DNA of 64,000 bases from Phycisphaerae bacterium (GTDB taxonomy: Bacteria; Planctomycetota; Phycisphaerae; UBA1845; PWPN01): assembly GCA_012719955.1 (NCBI GenBank), contig JAAXZI010000159.1, positions 5,618 to 69,617 of the forward strand, in the 5' to 3' direction. A model generated the notes under the pieces. It saw only the letters and a program-made list of their open reading frames with translations, made no database searches and had not been told where the DNA came from. Below, piece after piece: positions 9,471 through 21,032 of this stretch. The position numbers and the translations under genes were made by a program. Numbering within the stretch: position 1 is the stretch's first letter; each line of letters begins with the position of its first letter.

Positions 9471-10867
9471 CCCGCGGCCACGCCAGCCGGACGGGTGGCC
9501 AACTGGCCCTTCAGGACCTGCAGGGCCTCGCGCAACTGGCGGTCAATAACGACCTCCACCCTCGACGGCGCGCTTGCCGGGGCCGTGGCGGCGCCGGGGG
9601 CAAGTCGCGTGGTCGGAGCGGGTTGGGTCGTCCCGGCCGGCTGCGAGGCGGCGGCCGGCTCGGTGGTCACCACATGCGGGCGGCTCTCCGGCGCATGCTT
9701 GGTGGAATACACGGCAATGTGCGACTCGATCATCTCCGTTCGTTCCTGCGCCGTCAGGCTCACCCTGCGATCGGGAGCCACCCCCCTGCCGTGGATTCGC
9801 TCTCCGTTGGGCAGATAGTAATAGGCCGTGGTGAGCTTCACCGCCCCGCGGTTATCCTTGAGTTCCTTCATCTCCTGAACGCTGCCCTTGCCGAAGGTCT
9901 GTTCGCCGATCAAAACGGCCCGGCCGTGATCGCGCAGGGCGCCCGACAGGATCTCCGAGGCGCTCGCCGAGCCCCCGTTTACCAAGACCACCAGCGGAAT
10001 GTTCGGGTACAGATTCTTGCCGCTGGCGTGGTAAACGGATTGGCTGTTCCGCCCCCGGGTGGTGACGATCACTCCGCTGGGGATGAAGCGGCTCGCGATA
10101 TCCACCACCACGTCCAGCAGCCCGCCGGGGTTGTCGCGGAGATCGATGATCAGCCCGCGGATGCGCTCCTTGGCCAGCAACTCGCGCAGGACCTCGTCGA
10201 GTTGCTCGCCGGTGAATTTCTCAAAGCTCGAGATGCGCACGTAGCCGATCCGATCCTCGGGGTCGATCAGGTAATCCCACTCCCAATCCGACGACCGGGC
10301 CCAGCCGCGGACGGTTCGCACGGTGATCAACCCACGGGTCACGGTCACGTCGAAGGGCTCTTCGCGATCCTGGCGGCTGATGGTCAAGGTCACGCTGGTG
10401 CCGGGTTTGCCCTGGATCAGTTCGACGGCGTCAGTCACCTTCATGTTCGCGGCAGGCTTGCCATCGATCTTGAGAATGCGATCGCCGGCGCGCAGCCCGG
10501 CCTTGTAAGCGGGCGCACCCTCAATGGGAGCAACGATCTGCAACCCCATTCCGGCGATTTCCCCCACCTCGATCCCGATGCCGACGAACTGCCCTTCGGT
10601 CACTTTCTGGAACTGGCGATATTCGTCCGCGTCGAAGTACTGGCTGTAGGGGTCCAGACGCCCCAGCATGCCGTCAATGGCCCCGTGGAGCAGCACCTCA
10701 GACTTGGGCTCTTCGACGTAGTTCTTGCGGACCTGGAACAGCACATCCAGCAAGGGGCTGAAGTCCTTGTAGAGCGTGTCCCGCCGGATGAGCGGCTCGG
10801 GAACCTTCCAGAGCAGAACAGCGATCACGGCCAGAACCATGATCCAGACGATATTGCGCTTCGGCAT
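9467..10867 (-). CDS. S41 family carboxy-terminal processing peptidase (Ctp/Prc-like) with PDZ domain
   Basis: N-terminal TM helix, PDZ segment IEGAPAYKAGLRAGDRILKIDG, and the catalytic region VVLVNGGSASASEILSGALRDHGRAVLIGEQTFGKGSVQ. Confidence 0.92.
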   Translation of the reverse strand: MPKRNIVWIMVLAVIAVLLWKVPEPLIRRDTLYKDFSPLLDVLFQVRKNYVEEPKSEVLLHGAIDGMLGRLDPYSQYFDADEYRQFQKVTEGQFVGIGIEVGEIAGMGLQIVAPIEGAPAYKAGLRAGDRILKIDGKPAANMKVTDAVELIQGKPGTSVTLTISRQDREEPFDVTVTRGLITVRTVRGWARSSDWEWDYLIDPEDRIGYVRISSFEKFTGEQLDEVLRELLAKERIRGLIIDLRDNPGGLLDVVVDIASRFIPSGVIVTTRGRNSQSVYHASGKNLYPNIPLVVLVNGGSASASEILSGALRDHGRAVLIGEQTFGKGSVQEMKELKDNRGAVKLTTAYYYLPNGERIHGRGVAPDRRVSLTAQERTEMIESHIAVYSTKHAPESRPHVVTTEPAAASQPAGTTQPAPTTRLAPGAATAPASAPSRVEVVIDRQLREALQVLKGQLATRPAGVAAG

Positions 10868-11048
10868 GGGTCGAATCCGTTACTTCCTTGGAGCCCGGGT
10901 GGGCGGCAAACAGGTTATTGTCCAAGGCCGGTCCTGTGGTGTCAAACCGGCGCGCTCCAATCCGGCACACATTAAATTCATTAAACCCCTGTTGCATCAC
11001 GGTTTGACGTGATTGTCAGGCGGGCTGCCGGCCGGTACACTCGCCGCC

Positions 11049-11717
11049 ATGAAGTTGCCCAAGCTGCCGCATAGCATGAAGTCCCGGGCTCGCGATCGGT
11101 TTGAAGCCTGGGCCATCACCTACGACCGGTCGTTGCTGAACCGTTTCCTTTTCCTGCCCTCCTATCAGATCTTCCTGGAGGAGTTATATGCCTGGCGCGG
11201 CGAGAGCGGAGAGCCCTTTGAACTGCTCGACGTCGGCTGCGGGACGGGAACCTTTGACCTCATGCTGGCGGCATCACCCCTGAAGGCCCGGATTGTGGGC
11301 CTGGATTACGCCCCCTCGATGTGCAAGGTGGCCAGGCGCAAGGCCGAACAGACCAGGGTGGGCGGCCGGCTGAGCTATGTCGCCGCCGACAGCGAGCATC
11401 TGCCCTTTGCCGACGCCTCCTTCGATGCGGTGACCTGCAGCAACTCGTTCCACCACTATCCTCACCAGCAGAACGTGGTGATGGAAATGCGGCGGGTTCT
11501 CCGGCCGGGCGGACGCCTCCTGCTCATCGACGGCTTCCGTGACAACATCGTCGGCTGGATGACCTTTGACGTGATCATCGGGGCCGTGGAAAAGGAGGTC
11601 TTTCACGCCCCCTGGTCTAGGATACACCGCTACTTTGAAGCGGCCGGATTCCGTGAAATCCGCCGCCGCAAGTTCAATTACTGGTTTCCAGGCCTGCTGA
11701 CCGTCGGGATAGCCTGA
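11049..11717 (+). CDS. class I SAM-dependent methyltransferase
   Basis: Motif I LLDVGCGTG, plus LRPGGRLLLID. I chose the ATG at 11049; the track start at 11013 is a TTG. Confidence 0.8.
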   Translation: MKLPKLPHSMKSRARDRFEAWAITYDRSLLNRFLFLPSYQIFLEELYAWRGESGEPFELLDVGCGTGTFDLMLAASPLKARIVGLDYAPSMCKVARRKAEQTRVGGRLSYVAADSEHLPFADASFDAVTCSNSFHHYPHQQNVVMEMRRVLRPGGRLLLIDGFRDNIVGWMTFDVIIGAVEKEVFHAPWSRIHRYFEAAGFREIRRRKFNYWFPGLLTVGIA

Positions 11718-11799
11718 GCCGTCGGGCAGCGCGGGCCAGGCCCCGGAACGCGCCTCGCCCGCGCCGTCCGCCGTGCCTCAGACCAGCGGCCCGGAGGCA

Positions 11800-14427
<2,628 letters not shown>

Positions 14428-14489
14428 GTCGTCACCTCGATTCTCGCATCACCGCAAAACAGGTGATCGCTGATGCTGGGAAGCCTGCG

Positions 14490-14505
14490 TGCAAATGCCA
14501 TGCCA
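14490..14505 (-). promoter_or_regulatory. candidate sigma-54 (-24/-12) promoter upstream of clpB
   Basis: The minus strand reads cTGGCATggcatTTGCAc. This matches the TGGCAC-N5-TTGCA consensus spacing exactly, with GG and GC 10 nt apart. It ends 62 nt upstream of the clpB ATG. Confidence 0.4.
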
Positions 14506-14728
14506 GACCAGCGCGCCCCGGAGACTTGGGCCGTTCGCGTACTATGCGCCCGAAGCAGAGCCGTCGAAATGATAAATACCGTTAAATGCGCAACTTATGC
14601 AGAATACTGGAGCGAGACTGCCGTGCGGACTGAGACTGGAGGACGCCCGGCACGGGGTCCGAGCCTCGCTTTCAGGAATGCCGCCCACCTCATGGAGTGT
14701 CAAATTGGCAGGTTGGTGAGATCGGAGA

Positions 14729-14971
14729 TCAGTTAGACAGACCACCGAGCGCGCCCACCCCGAGCGCATCGTAAATCAGATTCCGGATGAATTCGTTGGT
14801 GATGGCGATGGTCAACCCGCCGACCACATCGGCGGCAATGGTATTACAGGTGACCTGCAGAAGCGTACCGCTGCTGAGCACCATAAGGCCCATCATCCAT
14901 CGTTGCCTGCGAGAAGCTCTGCGCACGTTAAATTCTCCGGCCGGCCAGCAAGGCCTCTTCTTCCGATTCAT
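14729..14971 (-). CDS. small hypothetical hydrophobic protein (start uncertain)
   Basis: ORF 30 nt downstream of the SH3-domain gene on the same strand. The hydrophobic Gly/Ala/Ile-rich C-terminal half has no recognisable motif. Confidence 0.25.
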   Translation of the reverse strand: MNRKKRPCWPAGEFNVRRASRRQRWMMGLMVLSSGTLLQVTCNTIAADVVGGLTIAITNEFIRNLIYDALGVGALGGLSN

Positions 14972-15000
14972 CCCGGTCCGCGCCAGCGGTCCGGAGCGCC

Positions 15001-16428
15001 TTACTGCTCATCCGCATCCACGTCAGCCGGCTGAGATGCCGGCGGAGCAACGGACGGCCCCGTAGGCGACGCATAAGCCGTCGATCCGCCTACCCGGCCG
15101 GGAGAGCGAGAATCAGCGTCGAGCACCACGATCTCCGAAACGGTGTAAATGGGGATCGGCGGGTTGGCATCGCTGAGCACCTGCCGGGCGCTGGCCCGGA
15201 TGCCCACGTACTTGCCGTAATAGTCCACCGGATTGATCGGGCTGCCCGGCGGGAGTTCGATGTAGGCCAGAGTTCTGGCCGAAACACCGGCCCCCTGCTC
15301 AACGATGCGCCAACGCTTGGCCCGGCCGCCGGTACCTTCGTAGATGGTGCTCACGCGGATCTCGCCCTTGACCACGATTTCATCGCCGGGAATCACCGGC
15401 CGTGGCTTGGGGATCCTGGCCCGCTCGGCAGCGAGTCTATCGGCATTGGCGATAGCCTCCTCCCGGAGCCGGTCAATCCTGCGCAGGCCCTCCTGGGCAT
15501 CCAGATAGGCCTGGATCTGCTTGATGCGAGCAGTCGCATAGAGCGAGGCGATCTCGTCTTCGCGCTGGTCGGCGATGGGCTGGAGCTTGCTGACGATCTT
15601 GCGGTAGCCCTCCTCGTTGCCTGGCTTGCCGCGGATGGCGGTCATTTCCGCCTCGATGGCGTCAATCTGCAACTGGTATTTCTCGGTCGCCTTGACGGGG
15701 CCGGGTTTCTCTTTGCGAACGGTCCGCCTGGCCGAAGGCTGCCGGCCCGAGGACCTCACCACGATACCGCTGCCCTCCGACTGGTCGGCCAGATCGCGCG
15801 TCACGGAAGGGCTTTCCTCGCGGGTCAGCGGTTCGTCACCGGGGAGCTTGAGTTCGCCCGGGGCCACCCGTTCGGGCTCCTTGGGCGCCGGCGTACTGTC
15901 CGCCACCGTCGCGCCTTCCACAAAATCACCCTTCACCCACAGGTGAGCACCCTCCGGCGGCTCGATCTTATAGAAGGCCCCGTCGGGACTCTCGCCGAGG
16001 ATGTGAACCTTGTCGCCCCTCTTGAGCTTCACCTGCTTGGCGTATCTGCGGTCGTCAAGATTGCTGCCGGCGTAGACCCAGCACGCCTCGTTGACCGTGC
16101 CGGTGTCGTCGGAGCGATCCACGTAGGTCTTGTCGATCAGGCTGAAGGTCCCGGACGGCGGCAGGATCTCCATCCACCCGTACTGCGAACCCACCACAGT
16201 CACCGGGTCGCCACGATTGAGCTTCGTAACGGGATAGTAGTTCTGGTGCGAACCGCTGCGGACGTAGACGTTATCGCCCTTGATCTTCGCCTGCTGCGGA
16301 CCGCGCGTCGTGGACGCCTCCGCGGCCGGGGCTGTCGTCTGGGCTTGGGCCAGGCCGGCCAACCCCATGACCACCCCCGCCCCGATCATCACCGACGTCC
16401 ATGCCGTCTGTCGCGTGAAACCAGTCAT
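15001..16428 (-). CDS. secreted SH3b-domain protein with coiled-coil and Pro-rich regions
   Basis: Signal peptide (VMGLAGLAQAQT). Two bacterial SH3-like segments (VYVRSGSHQNYYPVTKLNRGDPVTVVG.. and AKQVKLKRGDKVHILGESPDGAFYKIEPP). Confidence 0.7.
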   Translation of the reverse strand: MTGFTRQTAWTSVMIGAGVVMGLAGLAQAQTTAPAAEASTTRGPQQAKIKGDNVYVRSGSHQNYYPVTKLNRGDPVTVVGSQYGWMEILPPSGTFSLIDKTYVDRSDDTGTVNEACWVYAGSNLDDRRYAKQVKLKRGDKVHILGESPDGAFYKIEPPEGAHLWVKGDFVEGATVADSTPAPKEPERVAPGELKLPGDEPLTREESPSVTRDLADQSEGSGIVVRSSGRQPSARRTVRKEKPGPVKATEKYQLQIDAIEAEMTAIRGKPGNEEGYRKIVSKLQPIADQREDEIASLYATARIKQIQAYLDAQEGLRRIDRLREEAIANADRLAAERARIPKPRPVIPGDEIVVKGEIRVSTIYEGTGGRAKRWRIVEQGAGVSARTLAYIELPPGSPINPVDYYGKYVGIRASARQVLSDANPPIPIYTVSEIVVLDADSRSPGRVGGSTAYASPTGPSVAPPASQPADVDADEQ

Positions 16429-16832
16429 GACTCCGTTCCTCTATGAAAAGCCGTTCATCTGCCGATTCTGGGTCGGCGGATTGCCGCAATCCGGCGGCCT
16501 GAGAAGACTGTTCTTACCGTATCCGGTTATTATCGGGCCGGCAGGACAAATTGCCACAGGCGCCGGCCCGATTTTGCCCCGCGAAACCAGCCGGGAGCAA
16601 CCGGTATGGGCGCACAACAACTCCATGTTACTGGACTTGGCTGCAGGGTAACCCCGGCCCGCCCGGATGTCAACTGGATATAGGGCCTTGGTCCGGCCGT
16701 CCCCCCAGGAATGGGGAGACTTCACCGACCGTCAAACGCGAACCAGGGGGGCTGGATCCTTGACCCCTCCGGCCCTTCGTCTACGATTAAAGTTGACGTA
16801 TGAACCACTGTGCCAGACCAATCATTTGCCAC

Positions 16833-17717
16833 ATGGCGGTTCGATCCCTGACGGGGGCGGGGGTGCTATGTTGTTTGCTCGTGGCCGGTTGCGGGACCCA
16901 AAGCCGATCGGCTCCCGGCGTGGAGCGTTTTGACGCCCACGGGCGAACCTACTACATCGACGGAGCCGGAAACTGGGGATTCGGGGTCACTGATATCCAG
17001 CAGGGGCTGCGCCGAGCCGGCTACAAGGGTAACATCATTAACTATCGCTGGTCTCCCACCTTCACCCCGGCCCTGGACCAGACCGTCGGCCGGGCCGCCG
17101 CCCGCTCCCGGGGCCGGCAGCTCGCCCGGGAGATCACCGCCTACCTGCGGGAATACCCTGGCAACAAAGTGAACATCATCGCCCTGTCCGCCGGAACGGG
17201 CGTGGCCGTCTGGGCTTGCGAAAACCTGGAGCCCCCGGCGGAGGTCAACTGTCTCATCCTGCTGGGATCCAGCCTGTGGGCCCATTACGACATGAGCAAG
17301 GCGCTGGCCAACATCTCGGGCGGAGTGTGGGTCTATTACTCCCCTCATGACCAAGTCCTCAGCGGGCCGGTGAAGGCCCTGGGCACCATCGACGGACGGA
17401 TCATCGCGGATTCGGCCGGATTAATCGGCCTGCATCCCCCCTGCGGCGACGGCGGCAAAATCCACAACATCGGCTGGTCGCCCAAGTGGGAGCGTTACGG
17501 CTGGAGCGGATCGCATACCGACGCCACGAGCGAGCCGTTTGTCCGACAGGAACTCGCCCGGCATATCCTGTCCGAATTCCCCGAGCTTCCTGAATTGCTC
17601 GACGAGCCCGACGGGCAGCCGGACGAGTCCGACGAAACGCCCGATGGAATCGCCGATACGGACGAGACCCTCTCCAACGAATGGCCGACTGTCCAGACCC
17701 TCGCGGTCGGGGAATAA
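16833..17717 (+). CDS. alpha/beta-hydrolase-like lipoprotein of unknown function
   Basis: Lipobox LLVAGC, nucleophile-elbow-like IIALSAGTG, and an acidic C-terminal tail. I chose the ATG at 16833 (MAVRSL..). Confidence 0.6.
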   Translation: MAVRSLTGAGVLCCLLVAGCGTQSRSAPGVERFDAHGRTYYIDGAGNWGFGVTDIQQGLRRAGYKGNIINYRWSPTFTPALDQTVGRAAARSRGRQLAREITAYLREYPGNKVNIIALSAGTGVAVWACENLEPPAEVNCLILLGSSLWAHYDMSKALANISGGVWVYYSPHDQVLSGPVKALGTIDGRIIADSAGLIGLHPPCGDGGKIHNIGWSPKWERYGWSGSHTDATSEPFVRQELARHILSEFPELPELLDEPDGQPDESDETPDGIADTDETLSNEWPTVQTLAVGE

Positions 17718-17897
17718 TTCTTGCGACGAACTGAAGCCACGACCGGCACGCCGCGACGGTGCCGGCCGGACAAGCGCTCAAGGCCCCGATCTCGTTCGAA
17801 CTGTTGACGGTTCACCAGTCCGCAGCGCAAGAACACGGCTCCGCGGAGCCGTGGTACACGATCCGGCCGTGGCGACTTCAAAAATCCGAGGTGCGGC

Positions 17898-18899
17898 ATG
17901 GGTGACGAACTCGATACGGCAGCCTCGACAACCGGCCACACTGATCCGAGGGCCATCTCCACCGGCAAGGTGCTCGTCACCGGCGGCAGCGGGTTTGTCG
18001 GCCGGCACATCGTCCGCGAACTTGTGGCCCGCGGCTATCAGCCGGTGTGCCTGGTACGCGACCCGGACAAGCTGCGGGCGCTGCTCACCCCGGAGCAGGC
18101 TTCGCGAACCATGACGGTACGGGGCGATCTGTTCGATATCGAATCGCTCGACCGGGCCAGCGAGGGCTGCGTGGCGGCCATCCATCTCGTGGGCATCATC
18201 ATGGAACGGCGGGCCGCCGGCCAGACCTTCGGACGCATCCACATTGAGGGCACCCGCAATGTGGTGGCCACCTGCGGCCGGGCGGGCATCCGGCGATACG
18301 TGCACATGTCCGCACTGGGCGCCCGGCCCGAGAGCCCGGCCCGCTATGCGCAGACAAAATGGTTGGCCGAGCAGGCCGTCCGCGCCTCCGACCTGGACTG
18401 GACTATCTTCCGCCCCAGCATCATTCACGGACCCGACGGCGACTTCATGCGCATGATGAAGTTCTTCGCCTCCAGCCGGCTGCGGTTGCCGTTCATGCCC
18501 TACTTCGGCAGCGGCAACGCCCGCGTGCAGCCCGTGTGCGTCCGCGACGTGGCCACCTGTTTCGTCCGCGCTTTGGCGCTGCCGGAAACCATTGGGAAGG
18601 TTTACGCGCTCGTGGGGCCGGAGCGGTTCACCTGGAAAGAGCTCTACGACGTCTGCGCCCGGGCCATCACCGGCCGGCGACGGCTGAAGGTGCCGGTACC
18701 CGTGGCCGTAGGAAAACTGGCCGCCCTCACCGTAGTGCCGCTGATGCCTTCGTTTGTCCTGCCGTACAAGTTCGACACGGGCCAAGTGCAAATGAGCCAG
18801 GAAGACAGCATCGCCGACCCCGAGCCGGTGGAACAGACCTTCGGCATCCGCCTGCGCGACTTCCGCGAGGAGCTGGCGATATACGCGGCCCAGCTTTGA
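17898..18899 (+). CDS. NAD(P)-binding atypical SDR (NDUFA9/NmrA-like epimerase-dehydratase family)
   Basis: VLVTGGSGFVGRHIVRELVARG Rossmann motif, and a Y-x3-K-like segment (YAQTKWLAE). Confidence 0.85.
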   Translation: MGDELDTAASTTGHTDPRAISTGKVLVTGGSGFVGRHIVRELVARGYQPVCLVRDPDKLRALLTPEQASRTMTVRGDLFDIESLDRASEGCVAAIHLVGIIMERRAAGQTFGRIHIEGTRNVVATCGRAGIRRYVHMSALGARPESPARYAQTKWLAEQAVRASDLDWTIFRPSIIHGPDGDFMRMMKFFASSRLRLPFMPYFGSGNARVQPVCVRDVATCFVRALALPETIGKVYALVGPERFTWKELYDVCARAITGRRRLKVPVPVAVGKLAALTVVPLMPSFVLPYKFDTGQVQMSQEDSIADPEPVEQTFGIRLRDFREELAIYAAQL

Positions 18900-18962
18900 G
18901 GCAACTTTGCAGTATTTAACGTTTTACGCTACGCTGTCTCTATGATCCTCTGAGGAATAGCC

Positions 18963-19169
18963 ATGACGCGCGTCGAGACAACTCCTAAACAAGACGGCAC
19001 TCTAAAGCTCGACGGCTTGCCGTTTCATGCTGGCGAGACTGTTGAGGTCATCATCAGGCTGAAGGCAGCCCGGAACGATCACAAAAGATACCCGTTACGG
19101 AACACCCCGGTAAGTTACGCTGATCCATTCGAGCCGGTCGCCGCCGAGGACTGGGAAGCTGCGCAATGA
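18963..19169 (+). CDS. type II antitoxin-like protein (VapB-like partner of a PIN toxin)
   Basis: 68 aa. It has the beta-hairpin pattern GTLKLDGLPFHAGETVEVIIRL and an acidic Trp-containing tail. Its stop overlaps the ATG of the downstream PIN remnant (ATGA at 19166-19169). Confidence 0.6.
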   Translation: MTRVETTPKQDGTLKLDGLPFHAGETVEVIIRLKAARNDHKRYPLRNTPVSYADPFEPVAAEDWEAAQ

Positions 19170-19228
19170 TTGTCCTTGACACGCACGTATGGGTGTGGTG
19201 GGTGCATGGGGATGAGGCTCTTCCACCG
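19166..19228 (+). pseudogene. 5' remnant (about 21 codons) of a VapC/PIN toxin gene
   Basis: MIVLDTHVWVWWVHGDEALPP is a typical PIN N-terminus, including the first catalytic Asp. From 19229 the frame runs into the 202-bp tandem repeat. No further PIN motifs follow. Confidence 0.55.
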
Positions 19229-19632
19229 GGTGCCATGGTCACACGCGGCCCCTCAAACGTTGCCGATACCACTTGGCTCACGGCCGCGGGTGACCATGCG
19301 GGACACTCCGCCGATTTCGTCATGCTCATGCATCGGAGGCCGGGCACAAGATAGGCATGGCCCCGGGGACAAACGGCCGGTACGGAGCCCGGCCGCTACG
19401 TTGGAAATGATTGGCTCGTAGGTGTTGCAGGGTGCCATGGTCACACGCGGCCCCTCAAACGTTGCCGATACCACCTGGCTTACGGCCGCGGGTGACCATG
19501 CGGGACACTCCTCCGATTTCGCCATGCTCATGCATCGGAGGCCGGGCACAAGATAGGCATGGCCCAGGGGGCAAACGGCCGGTACGGAGCCCGGCCGCTA
19601 CGTTGGAAACGGTTGGCTCGCAGGTGTTGCAG
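19229..19632. repeat. 2 x ~202-bp tandem repeat (composite hairpin element)
   Basis: Copy 1 is 19229-19430 and copy 2 is 19431-19632. They differ at about 9 positions by eye. Each unit holds a GGTCACaCGCGGCC...GGCCGCGgGTGACC hairpin and a family B core (cggccggtacggagcccggccgctac). Confidence 0.95.
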
Positions 19633-19666
19633 CATCGCGCACGGTCAGCATATCCGGCCCATAACA

Positions 19667-19700
19667 GCACAAGAGACACGGGATCCCGTGTCTCTTGTGC
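19667..19700. terminator. perfect 34-bp palindrome between convergent units (likely bidirectional terminator for ilvC and the TA locus)
   Basis: The palindrome is gcacaagagacacggga|tcccgtgtctcttgtgc, followed by gtttgg on the + strand. It lies 96 nt downstream of the ilvC stop. Confidence 0.5.
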
Positions 19701-19795
19701 GTTTGGTACCTGAAAGAAGACTCTTTGTCTTCTCAGCGATCTTTGCGATCTCTGCGCCCTCTGCGGTGAAAGGGCCAGCCGATCCAGCGAAGGGG

Positions 19796-20803
19796 TCAGT
19801 CGATTTCCTTCGCGTCGATCCACTTCATCATCTTGCGCAGCTTGCGGCCGGTCTGCTCCAGCAGGTGGTCCTTGTCCTTCTTGTACAGGGCGTTGAACAT
19901 GGGCATGCCGGCCTGGGCCTCGAGGATCCACTCCCTGGCGAACTGGCCGGTCACGATCTCGTCGAGGATCTTCTTCATTTCCTTGCGGGTTTCCTCGGTG
20001 ATGATCCGCGGGCCGCGCGTCAGGTCGCCGTACTCGGCGGTGTTGCTCACGCTGTAGCGCATGTAGTTGATGCCGCCCTGATAGAACAGGTCCACGATCA
20101 GCTTGAGCTCGTGCATGCACTCGAAGAAGCAGATCTCCGGCTCATAGCCGGCCTCGACCAGCGTCTCAAACGCCGCCTTGACCAGCGCGGTCACGCCGCC
20201 GCACAGCACCACCTGCTCGCCGAACAGGTCCGTCTCGGTCTCCTCGCGGAAGCTCGTCTCCAGCACGCCGGCCCGCGCCCCACCGATGCCCGCCGCCCAG
20301 GCCAGGCCGAGTTCCTTGGCCTTGCCGGAGGCGTTCTGCTCGATCGCGATGAGGCACGGCACGCCGCCGCCCTTGACGAACTCGCTGCGCACCAGGTGGC
20401 CCGGCCCCTTGGGCGCGACCATGATCACGTCCACGTCCTTCGGCGGCTTGATGGTGCCGAAATGAATGTTAAAACCGTGGCAGAAACCGAGCGTCTTGCC
20501 CGGCTTCATGTGCTTGGCCACTTCGTTCTTGTAGACGATCGGATGCAGTTCGTCGGGCAGGGTGAAGATGATCAGGTCGGCAGCGGCTGCCGCGTCCGAC
20601 GCCGACATGGGCGAAAACTTGTGCTCCTGGGCCAGGCGGTAGTTGTCGGTCCCGGGCAGCTCGGCGATGATCACGTCCACGCCGGAATCGCGCAGGTTCT
20701 GGGCGTGGGCATGGCCCTGGCTGCCGTAGCCGATGACGGCCACTTTCTTGCCCTTCAGGAATCCAAGATCAGCGTCCTTTTCATAATAAATAGTCACGGC
20801 CAT
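19796..20803 (-). CDS. ilvC: ketol-acid reductoisomerase (class I)
   Basis: [25 protein letters not shown]-binding motif. The sequence looks like IlvC end to end, at 335 aa. Confidence 0.97.
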   Translation of the reverse strand: MAVTIYYEKDADLGFLKGKKVAVIGYGSQGHAHAQNLRDSGVDVIIAELPGTDNYRLAQEHKFSPMSASDAAAAADLIIFTLPDELHPIVYKNEVAKHMKPGKTLGFCHGFNIHFGTIKPPKDVDVIMVAPKGPGHLVRSEFVKGGGVPCLIAIEQNASGKAKELGLAWAAGIGGARAGVLETSFREETETDLFGEQVVLCGGVTALVKAAFETLVEAGYEPEICFFECMHELKLIVDLFYQGGINYMRYSVSNTAEYGDLTRGPRIITEETRKEMKKILDEIVTGQFAREWILEAQAGMPMFNALYKKDKDHLLEQTGRKLRKMMKWIDAKEID

Positions 20804-20829
20804 GGGTTTATGTCCTTTCGTATCTTAGA

Positions 20830-20861
20830 GTCGGGACCTTTTGAAGTCGGGACCTTTTGAA
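20830..20861. repeat. perfect 16-bp tandem duplication (gtcgggaccttttgaa x2) in the ilvC 5' leader
   Basis: Read directly: 20830-20845 equals 20846-20861. It lies between the candidate promoter and the ilvC start at 20803. Confidence 0.95.
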
Positions 20862-20869
20862 AGAGTCAC

Positions 20870-20897
20870 AGTCTACGCGCCGGCGGGCCGGTGGCAA
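20870..20897 (-). promoter_or_regulatory. candidate sigma-70 promoter for ilvC
   Basis: The minus strand reads TTGCCA-N16-TAGACT, about 65 nt upstream of the ATG. Confidence 0.35.
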
Positions 20898-21032
20898 GCT
20901 CGTTTGAGGCGGGGCCCAACTGCGTACACTAAGACTGGACATTGTTCACAAGCAACAGGGCAGGCTCACGGTCGGGCCGCCCGGCGCGTGTGGAAGGATT
21001 GTGCAGCCCAGCCGGGCGTCTCCCCCCGGCCG

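Noticed and set aside
19229-19632. Could the two ~202-bp near-identical units be a diversity-generating retroelement template/variable repeat pair?
   Set aside because: The ~9 differences are mixed transitions and transversions plus an indel, not adenine-specific. The units are non-coding, and no reverse transcriptase gene is nearby.
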